This document shows, one piece after another, positions 13,424 to 27,116 of a stretch of 64,000 nucleotides of DNA. The DNA lies in the NCBI GenBank assembly GCA_951406725.2, contig OX597818.1, forward strand, positions 127,286,001-127,350,000. Direction: 5' to 3'. The stretch comes from Octopus vulgaris. Lineage: Eukaryota. The notes under the pieces were generated by a model. That model worked only from the letters and a program-made list of their open reading frames with translations, made no database searches and was not told where the DNA came from. The translations under genes and the position numbers were made by a program. How positions within the stretch are numbered: the first letter of the stretch is position 1; each line of letters begins with the position of its first letter.

Positions 13424-13901
13424 TACCAGACCGATACAAGTTTGAAGGACGTAAGAGTGGGACTGACTCTGTACAGACTATGCCCATTAAAATAATACAG
13501 GTGGTATACATAATTTGCAGACATGTATGTTTACATTGTGATTTTAGCATAGGAGGTTTGTAAGGTATCAATTACAAGAACGGAAAGTGCCATATTTTTT
13601 GTCACAGATTGAGGAAGAATTTCTATTTAGCTTGACTTCTTTTTAAAGAGCTCCTTCTAACGGCTTAACTAAGAATGGTATTATATTCCATTACAGTATT
13701 CGGATTTTAGAATGTGAAAATATTCCCAATGCATTGTACATTGTCTAAGAATGTTCTCATACATTTGCTATCAAGGAACTGAATGATTTTCTGTTGCATA
13801 TGTTACTATGCCTTTTCGTGGCAAAGTCAATGATTCTCTGAGCAGCTCTAACAAGGCTGTAACATTCCAAAGTTGTTACTGCAGTGATATGAGAAGGCTT
13901 A

Positions 13902-14231
13902 TTCGATTCCCAGACCGGGCGTTGTGAGTGTTTATTGAGCGAAAACACCTAAAGCTCCATGGGGCTCCGGCAAGGATGGTGGTGATCCCTGTTGTACTCT
14001 TTCACCACAACCTTCTCTCACTCTTACTTCCTGTTTCTGTTGCACCTGTATTTCAAAGGGCCAGCCTTGTCACTCTCTGTGTCACGCTGAATATCCCCGA
14101 GAACTACGTTAAGGGTACACGTGTCTGTGGAATGCTCAGCCACTTACACGTTAATTTCACGAGCAGGCTGTTCCGTTGATTCGGATCAACCGGAACCCTC
14201 TTCGTCGTAACCGACGGAGTGCTTCCATCCA
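13902..14231 (+). mobile_element. SINE B, 5' truncated with TSD
   Basis: TSD atgagaag(g/a)ctta. Confidence 0.9.
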
Positions 14232-14833
14232 TGAGAAGACTTAGCTTCACAGCTGCATTACCAACATTTTATTTTTCATTAATTTTAATTGATTATAATT
14301 TCATGGTTGTCTCCTCTGCATTTCTTGATCAGAATTGATCATTAAGTTAATTATTGTCTCTCCTCACTACAGTCTGTAAAGTTATAAATTGTTACAATAT
14401 AATCTATATATTGATAGGAGAAACGTATATGTTTGTTTAAACAATGCTATTTAAAAGTGTTTGGGAAGTTTTGTAGAGTGGGTATAGAATGTGTTTTGAT
14501 ACGATAAAAAGCATAGGTGTTAAATGAAAAATACTGTGTTCTAGTAATTTATGCATATATGTTTAGTAGAGAAGATATAGAACTGTTTAGTAAAGAAAAT
14601 TATGTGTTTAATGGACTTTGTTTTCTTTTAATAAGACTGGCATAAGTGGTTGGTTGGGAAAACAAGTTGTTTCGAGGAAATAAGTATGTATTGCCAAAGT
14701 AGAGATATGCGTTTCGGAGAGAAAATAGGGATGCTCGGTAGGCAATACTTTGCTTTGATAAGATAGGCATGTTTCTTTAAGGGAGAAAAGATAGGTATTT
14801 AGTGGATAGTATTATATTTTAAGACATACATAC

Positions 14834-15010
14834 GTGTTTAGAGGAAAAGACATATTGAAGTACGTGATGTTTATGAGCTGCAAATGACCAAGAATCTACT
14901 ACATAGTTTGAGATGACTACGTATATCATCTTGCCGTTATCACTGACGTAAGGGAGATGGCCTGGATGAAATGGTATCAAGTCATTATCGTTGAACCATG
15001 AAATTTTCGC
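14834..15010 (-). CDS. LBP/BPI: LBP/BPI exon (exon 8 equivalent), 177 nt, phase 0->0
   Basis: Acceptor cctatttttcag, donor gtatgt; AKISWFNDNDLIPFHPGHLP...KMIYVVISNYVVDS (Pro-rich linker then M.Y..IS.Y). Confidence 0.93.
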
Positions 15011-15117
15011 CTGAAAAATAGGAAAGAAGTAATATGATCGAAAAAGTAAATAGATACAGTAGATATAATAGAACAAATGTATATCATGATGATAGGTGTA
15101 ACCATGGCTTCTTAGAA

Positions 15118-15467
<350 letters not shown>

Positions 15468-15779
15468 TTTTAGCATTGGTACAAAGTTACAAAATCACTA
15501 ATATGTAAGGAGTCTATAATCGATAAAATTAACCTGGGATTTGACTGATATATAGCTTATAGACCCTAGAAGGATGAAAATCAAAGTCGACGTCTATAAG
15601 TTATGAACTCAGAACGTACAGTAATGAAATGAAATATTCTAGGCATTGTTTTCATTGATCTGTCAGTTCTGCCAATCATTACCCAAGATGTATTATTGAT
15701 TGTTACACAGACATACAACTTCAAATTTTGACGGAAGATAAAAAAAAAGTTGCTTTTATCATGTCTAGTACTTGTCATG

Positions 15780-16122
15780 AAGGCGCATGGTTCAGTGGTT
15801 AGAGCGTCGAGCTTACGATCGTGAGGTTGTGAGCTCGAATCCCGGACCGGGCTGCGTGTTGTGTTCTTGAGCAAGACACTTTATTTCACGTTGCTCCAGT
15901 TCACTCAGCTGTAGAAATGAGTTGCGACGTCACAGGTGCCAAGCTGTATCGGCCCCTTTGCCTTTCACTTGGATTTACACTGGTGGCGTGGAGAGGGGAG
16001 GCCGGTATGCATGGGCGACTGCTGGTCTTCCATAAAAAAAAAACAACCTTGCCCAGACTTGTGCCTCAGATGGTAACTCTCTAGGTGCAAACCCATGGTC
16101 AGTGTCTGACCGAAGGGGGTCA
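15780..16122 (+). mobile_element. tRNA-derived SINE with CORE-like segment and a distinct 3' body
   Basis: ggcgcatggttcagtggttagagcg...ctcgaatcccgg head then ttgagcaagacactt...cagctgtagaaatgag. Confidence 0.8.
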
Positions 16123-16976
16123 CCACATCACCACTTGTCATGATATGTTTTATCAACCACGGAAGGATGAAAAACGCTGTCGACACCAACAGGATTTGAT
16201 CGCAGACTGTAAAGACAATTAAATACTTACGGTAATGCATTTTGCTCCTCGCTCTAACGATGTTCGAATTCGCTCCCACTAAGGCATAGGTATTTGATTC
16301 TAACAGTAACACAAGGATTGACATTTGGTAACGCGGCACATGTCGACTATATTAAGCCCAGTATTAGACAAGTATAAGACAAGGTGAAGGTTGTCCTTGG
16401 CGATATTTGAACTCAGAATGCAAAGAACCGGAAAAAATGTCGCATAGCATTAGTCTGAAAGCTTTAGCGATTCTGCCAGCTTGCCTTTCTTAAGCGTGCT
16501 AAATGTTACCAACGTGTATGTAAGCTTTTTAGTTTTGTATGTAAACATACAGCTTTTCACAAATATTCAGGTATCTGCGTTTACATAAAATTTTGTGTCT
16601 TCAAATATATCCACCACCACCACCAAAAAAAACTGGAATATTTTACTGGATTCTGCATCTCCTTAGCAAGTTCTCTACAATTGTTGTGATGTTTATTTAA
16701 AGAAGTAGGCACTTGGTAACCAAACTCATTCAGAGGCATAAGAAAATATTTAAACATCTTTTCATTATGATACAAGCTCGTGAAATATTTTGGTCACTGC
16801 CAAACGCAAAATGAATGCAGAGGAAATTTTAAAATATGACATCAATTGTGAATGAAATTTATACCGGTTTGGTGAGAGATCATCTTTGCCTCTACTTTTT
16901 CATATCGCCAAGTAATTAGACATCGAATTGCTTGAGACTAATTTTAGCCTTGGCCGTGAATAACAAATCGACTTAC

Positions 16977-17068
16977 CTTATGTTCCAGTTGCATGTATAA
17001 TGTCGTCAAGAGTGGGTCATTAACCAATCTATAATCTAATATGAAATCATATCCGATTGGTACCTGCA
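16977..17068 (-). CDS. LBP/BPI: LBP/BPI exon (exon 7 equivalent), 92 nt, phase 1->0
   Basis: Acceptor tttgtttgtttcag, donor gtaagt; QVPIGYDFILDYRLVNDPLLTTLYMQLEHK (LDY.L...P......K motif). Confidence 0.93.
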
Positions 17069-17142
17069 CTGAAACAAACAAAAAAGGGATCGAATCATCT
17101 ATAGCCACTCTAAGTCGGAACGCCACCATATTTCATATTCTA

Positions 17143-17536
17143 TCTTTATATATAAAAGTGAGGTTGTGTGCTGTCTGTCTCCTACGATTTAGATTCCTAA
17201 CTACTTCCACATTTTGCGGTGCAGTTTAATCAAAACCAGGTATCTTATAGTCGTGATTCATATCGAGCCCTTCTGGGTATTAGCGCGCGTCTACGATGAG
17301 TATACGATTAAAAATAAAAATTACCATCAATTTTTCCCATTTTTAATGCATTTTTGGCATATATAAGGAAGTAATTCTCTAAAAAATTATTATTAAATCT
17401 CAGAACGTAAAAAGCTACAGTAACACCCCCCTTTGTGGTTAGCCACATTGAGATGGCTATTATACTTTACATCTCTAAAAATGCTTATATAGTTATTTCC
17501 CTTACAAACCCGAGCAACGCCGGGCGATACTGCTAG
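17143..17536 (+). mobile_element. Non-autonomous Helitron
   Basis: 5' TC, 3' hairpin cccgagcaacgccggg then CTAG, inserted between A and T. Confidence 0.85.
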
Positions 17537-18194
17537 TACATTATAAAACATAAAAGCCTACATCGAATTAAACTGGAAGCCGAAGCGACAAAACTAAATA
17601 CTATCAAGCGTTTAATTTTTGTTCTAATGTCATTGCAACTCTTCTTTAGAGAAGCAAATTCGAAACACTAGCGTAGTTGTGTTACTTATTTTATAGACTC
17701 CAAGAATATAAATCTAAATCGATATTTATGACATTTTAACTCGAAACTGAAGAAACGAAACTAAAAAAATCCAAGTATTTAATTTTCGCTCTCATGAAAA
17801 TTGCAACTAAATTGCTTTAAGAGCTAAACATCGTATATTCAAAACGCGCACCAATGATGGGGGTGCGAGCTGAGAATATTTCAGTTGGTACTCAGATACT
17901 CAGCTGGAGCAATACACCTTACCTAAACACTAACAATTCAGCAAAGCACATGATCGTCGTGGAATTAATTTACTGAATGTTCGTTCGGCCAACAGAATTA
18001 TCTACTCAATGAATTATAATATAAGCACCCGTGTATTCCGCAGACCTTAATGTAATCATTGGTTGAACCAGCGTGATAAATTTATGACCATGCTAACCCG
18101 TCAACTTGTAGATTCTGTCTACCCTTTAGTTAGGCAAGGCAGGTGTGCCCATTTATTGTTTTTTCAGCTACAGAAAAGAAGTTATCTGTAAACC

Positions 18195-18600
18195 CTTTTG
18201 TTTTTACTACCCACAAGGGGCTAAACACAGAGGGGACAAACAAGGACAGACAAAGGGATTAAGTCGATTATATCGACCCCAGTGCGTAACTGGTACTTAA
18301 TTTATCGACTCCGAATGGATGAAAGGCAAAGTCGACCTCGGCGGAATTTGAACTTGGAACGTAACGGCAGACGAAATACCTATTTCTTTATTACCCACAA
18401 GGGGCTAAACACAGAGGGGACAAACAAGGATAGACATAGGTATTAAGTCGATTACATCGACCCCAGTGCGTAACTGGTACTTAATTTATCGACCCCGAAT
18501 GGATGAAAGGCAGAGTCGACCTCAGCGGAATTTGAACTCGGAACGTAACGGCAGACGAAATACCGCTAAGCATTTCACCCGGCGTGCTAACGTTTCTGCC
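18195..18600 (-). mobile_element. Tandem dimer of SINE C inside one TSD
   Basis: TSD agttatctgtaaacc at 18180-18194 and 18601-18615. Confidence 0.88.
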
Positions 18601-20653
18601 AGTTATCTGTAAACCGATGATCTGGACCGAATGCTTGCTATGGAAAGTGAATTCCAATAAAAAAAAAAAACACCAAAAGATCGGTTATTGGTGTTCAACT
18701 GAGCAACAGAATAAAACCATTATCATTCAAGAACTCAGAACAGAAGGATATAAATATCGCAAGGCCTTTCATCCGACATTCTATGAATTCCATCTATTCA
18801 TCCTTCTGGACGGGAACTTCAGTTTACCAAAGATAAAAGGAAAAGGTGGCTTTGGCGATATTTGAACTAAGAGAGCAGGAAGTCGGGCCAACTACCACTT
18901 TACACAGGTCCTGTTTACATGATTGCGAATTGAAACAGTAAATCCTCCGGCCATCCTGCGCTCATGTTCCCTTGCAGTAATTGATAAAACACGTGCTCAC
19001 AGCCGGAACAACATCGCCAACTGCAGCAGCAGCAGTAGTAGTAGTATTGCGGCGGTGGGGACAGCAGCGACGGCGGTTGTAAAATGTCATTTCGTACTAT
19101 CAGATTTTCGGTTGTTCCTCGCAATCCTATGAGGTCCTCTCCTTTAATGATGAGAGCTTTGATAGCTATACGCTCCTATTTCGAACTCACAAGCTCAACT
19201 GCAAGGAAAGCACACACATACGCGCGCTCGTATTCAATGTAACGTTGTGAAACTGCTAAATGTAGTTATTCAAAAGAAATGCTATTACGAATTGGTTTCC
19301 CGCTGATATTTTTTATCCTCAGCTCCAGCAGAAAAATTTCAGCTTTGCATTGAAAAATAGGTAAATATATTTGAAGCATACAATGACTGTAATTATTTAC
19401 AATTAAAAAAAAAAAGAAGTACTGCTACATTTGTACCAATTTATAACGCTGCATGTCTCGGTTATTTGATGTTAAGCTAAACGGCTTTAGCAGCTATACA
19501 TCAGAGCACAGCGCCGGTCAGTAAAGTAAACCTGTTTTTATTATAGCCGTTTACCATGAGCTAATGAAGTGGCTTCTACTCGAGTCGACGAGAGAGTATC
19601 TCTGCATTACTTCATATGCTAAAAGCAGCAACCAAATGCCATCAGATTACACCATATCGATTTAGGAAATAAAACGTTGGATATGGTCATCAGATCATAT
19701 TTCCTGAGAAAAGATGTGATGGTTATGGTCAGAACGTTTTTGAACATAGATCGTCTAGATTTATATTAGCTAAACGACAACAGCATTCTATTTATCTTGA
19801 ACTCATGTAAGAACATTTATATGGTCGCTCGATCAGCAAGGCGTATCAGCTATATTTCCCTGAAACCACATCCTATCATTTTAAAAAGAAAAGGACAAAT
19901 GGGATAATGTAGTCCAGAGTAGTCTTTCCTTAAAGAAAAAAAACGGCCTGGTAATGATTCGAACGCCATTGAGACTATATTTCTTTGAAAACAACCTTCT
20001 TTGTTTAATAAAAAGAAAAGTTACATAAATTTTAGTAACAGGACCAACGAGTTCAAAAGCAAAATATGTTTAGTACTGGCATAATACACATTAGCGCTTC
20101 AGAAAACATATTTATATTTGTTAAGACAACGTATTCTTACGAGATTAACGAAGGCTTATTACAGAACAGCATTGCAAAATGGTAAAAAGAAAAATGGTTA
20201 AAAGAATAATGTACAACAATATCAACACAGAAATACAATCTAAAGAGAAAGACCGAGAAATCCAGTAAAATAATATTCTGTGAGCATCAGAAGTGACCAA
20301 GAGGTAATGGACATCCTATTTGCCACACTGATCAGCTAGGTGGAATGCTATTGATCATATGTACGATCTATGAGGGATGATCTTAATACTATAATAGTAA
20401 AAATTCCATCGTCTTGTTTATCGTCACCACTTGATCTTTGTATCTTTTTAGCAGGTTCTACTCAATTGCAAGTATCTGGACTAGGTCGTAAATCTGAGGA
20501 CCGCTCATTATCTTGGTGCTGCTTCTTACTGTTGCAAACTACCAGCTGTTGAGGGTTTTCCCCCCACCTTTTCCTCTCTTACAGTCTCGGACACCTTAAA
20601 TCAGTGTAGCTGCTGGCCCTTCCTTCACTGACCACACACAAAAAAAAGATATA

Positions 20654-21167
20654 CCGTAAATCTTCGAGTATAGTCCGCCCTTGAGTATAATACGCAGGGG
20701 ATTTTTAGGGGGCTGTACCTCTGAAAACCTAAACCTTGTGTATGATACGCACTCCTTCTTTACTTGAGTCGTGCGTAATTAAGCCAGCAGCACCTAGTCG
20801 AACAAACACTTCCGCGCATGCGTAATACAATAATGGTGATGTTCTTAACTGTTATATGGGAATGTAAACATGTTTGCAAATTGTTTTTGTTACATGTTAT
20901 TCTGTGTTCTGAATACTTTTGTTCTAATAAATGTTGTTTACTGCAAGTTATGGATGATTCTTTTATGACTTCATTGCTTTCAGGCTTAGCTTAAGGTATT
21001 TTCGCGCCCTACATCAAAAAATGCGTCGGAATAAACATTGTCGGACAGCAAATATAGACATTGCTCAGAAAATATTTTTCATTTTTAAACTCGCATATAT
21101 TACGTACTAGGGATTTTGACCTTTAAATTTTTTGGGAAAAATGCAGATTATACTCGAGGATTTACGG
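20654..21167. mobile_element. pogo/Tigger-like MITE
   Basis: TIRs ccgtaaatcttcgagtata / tatactcgaggatttacgg, TA flanks. Confidence 0.85.
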
Positions 21168-21300
21168 TAACCTACGAGTAAATTTCGAAAACTGAATGTA
21201 GTAGACTGACTGTATTAATCTGGATTTGAATATTAAAACGTACACAAGAGGGACTCGAACCAAACGAGTTGGATATTTTACCTGTTAAGTTTCTACTTAC

Positions 21301-21364
21301 ATGGAAAATTAATGATTTGTTCATATCCGTTGTCGTTGATGAGCGCAACAGCTTTCTCGCACAT
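21301..21364 (-). CDS. LBP/BPI: LBP/BPI exon (exon 6 equivalent), 64 nt, phase 0->1
   Basis: Acceptor ctttatttgacag, donor gtaagt; MCEKAVALINDNGYEQIINFP includes the second Cys of the conserved N-domain disulfide. Confidence 0.92.
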
Positions 21365-21414
21365 CTGTCAAATAAAGTGAAACATTTGTCACATGAATCA
21401 TTTATGAATATTCC

Positions 21415-21618
21415 TCCCTACTATAGGTACAAGGCTTGAAAAATCTGGGGAGTGCGTCGATCATATCGACTCTAGTGCTTTGATACTTATGTTAAAGACT
21501 CCGAAAAGATGAAAGGCAAATTTGACCTCGGCGGAATTTGATCTCAGAAGGTAAGGATGCACGAAATACCACTCACCGCTTTGTTCGGCATGCTAATGAT
21601 TCTGCCATCTCACCGCCT
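21415..21618 (-). mobile_element. Diverged SINE C-related copy
   Basis: gatgaaaggcaaatttgacctcggcggaatttga. Confidence 0.7.
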
Positions 21619-21639
21619 AAATCTCTATCTATCTATCTG

Positions 21640-21682
<43 letters not shown>

Positions 21683-21686
21683 CTCC

Positions 21687-21788
<102 letters not shown>

Positions 21789-22364
21789 AATTACAACTGA
21801 ACGTAACGTGTTCCAGTGTTACACTTTTAACAACCTTAATATGTGGCACGAAATCGAAGACATGATCAAAGCATATATGCACGTGTATGTGTGTGTGTGT
21901 ACGTAGATACAAAGGGACTTAATTCAAATTTGAACTGGCACAGGTCCAATCACCTGTACCAAATTGTTAATGGATAAACTTCGAAGTTACAATTCCACGT
22001 GCTTCTATTTAATAATTGTTTAAAATCATCACGTCCCGAGTCTTTTTCAGTGAATGTCATTTGTTTTTTTATACACACAGATACACACAATTGTCGTTTA
22101 TATATTTATTTTTCGTTAGGTATTTGTATCACTTTAGATTTTAGTAGTTTACGCTGTTTTATTCAAACGCTGTTTACCTTGCAATCTTAATTTTGGCTTT
22201 ACTAGACGTATTCTTCTGTGTTGCTTTTTGAGAATTCGTATCTCACTTATGTGAATATCTGTATATATATATGCTTCAAATATATGTTTCATATATATAT
22301 ATATATATATATTAATATATATATACATGCATACACACATACACATATGCACATACACATGCAC

Positions 22365-23000
22365 ACATGGGGACAGGACGCCACGGAACGCAAACAACAT
22401 GAAATACGAAACACGAAAACATGGAATACGAACTTTTTTGCGAACAACGAAGGAAATAAATGGAAAACAAACAACATAAAGAATAACCCTTCATCAGTTG
22501 TCGGCTGTTTTTCTACTCTGTATTTCGAGCAATTCACGACAAGATACGTCTTCGGCAAAACAGTTGCTCCCGCAAAGCAAATTAAATAAAATTTGGGATT
22601 TTGCGGAGGGTCAAAGTTGGTAACAAAAACAGGACAGTGATAACAAACAGGAAGGGCTGCTAAGCCTAAACGAGGTGGAGTGGCGAACGCTGAATGAACA
22701 AGCTCTGACAGGAGACAGGCAAGAGTGCGCCTTATCCCCGTGGCTCATCAGAAGGAAAGAAAGAACTCAAGTAGGAAAAGAAAGATGGCCGGTGGTCACG
22801 TGTGAGCAACGAAAGAATAAAGGAGGAAGAGTGAGGAAGAGAGAAGGGAGAGATACAGAACGATGAAGGGGAGAGGAAAAGAATTGGAGAAAGGAAGAGA
22901 GAGGACACAAAAGAGAAATAGAGCAGAACAAGTGTCGCATCAGAATTATTAAGATAAAACTTACTTGGAAATGGATGCGTAGTGTTCAATCATATTATAA
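22365..23000 (-). mobile_element. Putative Penelope-like repeat remnant
   Basis: Degenerate hammerhead-like motif at about 22505-22565; inverted 25-nt copy of 22618-22642 at 23116-23140; related piece at about 25283-25370. Confidence 0.45.
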
Positions 23001-23137
23001 TATAAATAATATATATACACATGCATACACACATACATATATGCATACACACACACATACATACACACACACACATATATATATGCGCAATTATATATTT
23101 ATATATACTTATATATAACACTGTCCTGTTTTTGTCA

Positions 23138-23175
<38 letters not shown>

Positions 23176-23362
23176 TGTATTTATATATACTTATATATAT
23201 AAAATTATATATTTATATATAATTATATATATATACTATTATATATTTACATATAATTATATATATGTTTATATGTATGTGTATATGTGCGTGTGTGTGT
23301 GCGTGTGTGTGTGCGTGTGTGTGTGTATACATGTAAATATATATTCTTTTTCTCTCCCTCGT

Positions 23363-23399
<37 letters not shown>

Positions 23400-23608
23400 A
23401 ACAAACAAATAAACAACAATAAAAAAACGGCAAAATTAATCAGAAACAAACGAAAACATGTCTTATCCCTTGAAATTCCAACAACATAAGAGACACATAC
23501 ATTTTTAAAAGGTACCTCCTTTGTTTAATAATAATAAGAATAGGAAATGGATAACATAGGTTTTAGAAACAGAACCAAGGCATTTCAAAACAAAATACGC
23601 TTAGTACA

Positions 23609-23773
23609 GGCGCAGGAGTGGCTGTGTGGTAAGTAGCTTGTTTACCAACCACATGGTTCCGGGTTCAGTCCCACTGCGTGGCACCTTGGGCAGGTGTCTC
23701 CTACTATAGCCTCGGGCCGACCAAAGCCTTGTGAGTGGATTTGGTAGACGGAAACTGAAAGAAGCCCGTCGTA

Positions 23774-23815
<42 letters not shown>

Positions 23816-24035
23816 TGTGTGTGTTTGTGTGAGTGTGTTTGTCCCCCTAGCATTGCTTGACAACCGACGCTGGTGTGTTTATGTCCCCGTTACTTAGCGG
23901 TTCGGCAAAAGAGACCGATAGAATAAGTACTGGGCTTACAAAAGAATAAGTCCCGGGGTCGAGTTGCTCGATTAAAGGCGGTGCTCCAGCATGGCCGCAG
24001 TCAAATGACTGAAATAAGTAAAAGAGTAAAAGAGT
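23609..24035 (+). mobile_element. SINE A, full length
   Basis: Family match. Confidence 0.92.
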
Positions 24036-24726
24036 ACAGACATGATGACCATAAGCTCTTCAGGAAACATATTTATAATCGTTGATAAGACAAGGAATTT
24101 TTTTAGAGATTAACAAAAGCTTATTTGAGTAAGACATCAAAAAATGCTAAAAAAATTCTAACCGAATCATAAATAACGATATCAACACAGAAACGCGTTC
24201 TATAGAGAAAGACCGAGCAATCCAATGAATTAAAAATAGCCTGAGAGACAAAGTAAGTTTAAAGTAGATTTTAATTCACTAAAAGTGCTACTGACTTCTA
24301 CAAGTAAAACTGTCAGAGATAACAGTTTACGAAGTACCTACATTAGTAACTAAAACAGTCTGGAGCTGATTTAAGCTGTAGAATCGGGAAGAGATTTAAC
24401 TATTTCGATTGTTTACGCCCGATAAATAAATTACCAGTTAAATAATAGAGTCGATATAACCGACTGATTTCCTCCCTCATATTTCTGGCGTTGTGTCAAG
24501 CATAATTGCACTGTACAGCAATTTTTTTTTTCTGTCTTTGGTCATTAAGTGTTATTTTTCTATTTGTTTCTATCTAGAAATCAAAGGAAATTACCTTCAG
24601 ATTTTGCTTTTGTCACTTGGACATCAATGTTTTGAAACTGACCTATTTTCCATTACATTTCAGACAGATTCAGTGTTGAGTTGCTGAAGCAAAAATATCA
24701 TTATAGCAAATATTCTGTTCAATACC

Positions 24727-24946
24727 TATTTCTTTACTACCCACAAGGGGCTAAACACAGAGAGGAAAACAAGGACAGACACACGGATTAAGTCGATTAT
24801 ATCGACCCCAGTGCGTAACTGGTACTTATTTAATCGACCCCGAAAGGATGAAAGGCAAAGTCAACCTCGGCGGAATTTGAACTCAGAACGTAATGGCAGA
24901 CGAAATACGGCTACGCATTTCGCCCGGCGTGCTAACGTTTCTGCCA
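24727..24946 (-). mobile_element. SINE C with TSD
   Basis: TSD gttcaatacc. Confidence 0.88.
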
Positions 24947-25369
24947 GTTCAATACCACAGATTTACTTGTCAGTTGCTTGACCTTAACAATTCGGGCATG
25001 TCCCTTTGTGGCTGAAAATATGTGCATCTCTGATCATGAGCAAGAGTAGTAAGGGAGCATCATAGTCATGTGATGAGAGGGATTCTTTAGGGTTTGAATA
25101 AATGTAACAAAAGCAAAGTTTAAAGGAAATATAAGCCACTTTTCATATTTTCTCTGAGTAAACAATTACGAAATAACAAAAGTCGTGTTACACAGTGTTA
25201 TGAAAACCTGAAGGGCTGCTGAGTGGCTGAATTGTAAGAGCTTTAAAGAAAATAACTTTACGTTCTAAGTTCAAATCCCGTGGAGTAGATGAAACACAGA
25301 CAACTAAAGAAAGGAAATATTCTTTATGTTGTATGTCTCGTTTCTCTGTTTTTCTTTTTTCGTTCTTTC

Positions 25370-25938
<569 letters not shown>

Positions 25939-25939
25939 A

Positions 25940-26910
25940 GCCCTCTCGGCATTACCCACAGTCATTCGGACAGCCAGTGTCACTAGCTATGGCGATGATA
26001 CAAAATTATTATCGGCAATAAAAAATCAAGATGATGCCACAAGCGTACAGCGGGAACTGAACTCAGTATACAAGTGGGCCGAAATAAACAACATGCAGTT
26101 CAATGCTGGAAAATTTCAAGCACTTCTCTATCAGCTCACAAATACAGTACAACCTACAGCGTCACAGAAAGCTTTAGGGATCAATATGTGCAATGACGCA
26201 TAATTTTTTATGCACATAAGCAAGATGGCAGCGAAGTACAGACAACTGGCACGATGGATGCTGAGACCAAGAAACTATGCTGACCCCATGAAAAACCTTT
26301 TATTTTTCAGCCACCTGGACGATTGCTCCCTGTTATGGTCTCCTCATAGTGCCAAACTAACAGCGGAGCTTGAAGCAGTCCAACGTCACTGCACTAAAAA
26401 GATTGCAACAGTGTAGCGGATGAGCTGCAGAGATAGGCTGAGAAAACTACAGCTTTACTCCTTGGAACGTAGGCGTGAGAATTATGCAATAATGTACATA
26501 TGGAAATTCTTAGAAGGGCTAGTACCTGACTTTGGCATTGAGTGTTATACAAATGCTAGAACTGGCCGGCATTGTGTTGTACCAAAGGTACCATCCACTC
26601 CATCTAAATTCAGGACCAGGTATTGCAAAAGGGTTCAAAAAATTAAGAAATTTGCATAAGGTGGAAGTAGATGTCTTCAAAATGGAACTAGACATCCTCC
26701 TCTCCACACTGCCGGATGAACCAGCAGCTCGACATGAGTTACATATGAGGGCAGTGGAATCAAACTCCATTATACACCAAATGTACCAACAGCTGGGAAA
26801 AAGGCACATACAGGGTACTGATGTGAAACACCCAGACTGGGGAAGTTAGAAAGTCCATGGTGGTGCTCCAGCATGACCATGGCCGCATGGCTGAAACGAG
26901 TAAAAGTGTA
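25940..26910 (+). mobile_element. Decayed 3' part of a CR1/L2-group LINE (RT and C-terminal region)
   Basis: SYGDDTKL (YADD), [35 protein letters not shown] in successive frames with stops/frameshifts. Confidence 0.9.
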
Positions 26911-26924
26911 TATATATATATATG

Positions 26925-27106
26925 ATAGATCGTTAGCCATTATACATATTTTTTTCTCTCCTTGTTTTTTTATGTGTCCCTTTCTGTAGAAGAGCGTAGG
27001 CTCGAAACGTAAAAGACTTTTTCTATTCCTGAGCGTTATACTAATACATCAATTTATTTTGTACACCACCTGTCTTCGTCTTTTGTTTTTTTCGTAAACT
27101 CTCCCT
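26925..27106 (+). mobile_element. Short Penelope-like repeat with variant hammerhead-like motif
   Basis: ctgtagaagagcgtaggctcgaaacgtaaaaga; related copies at 45846 and 59394; all lie within (TA)n. Confidence 0.55.
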
Positions 27107-27116
27107 ATATATATAT

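Noticed and set aside
17923-18167. Minus-strand segment with good acceptor and donor
   Set aside because: Stops in all three frames and not needed for the exon chain; a poison exon cannot be supported without RNA data
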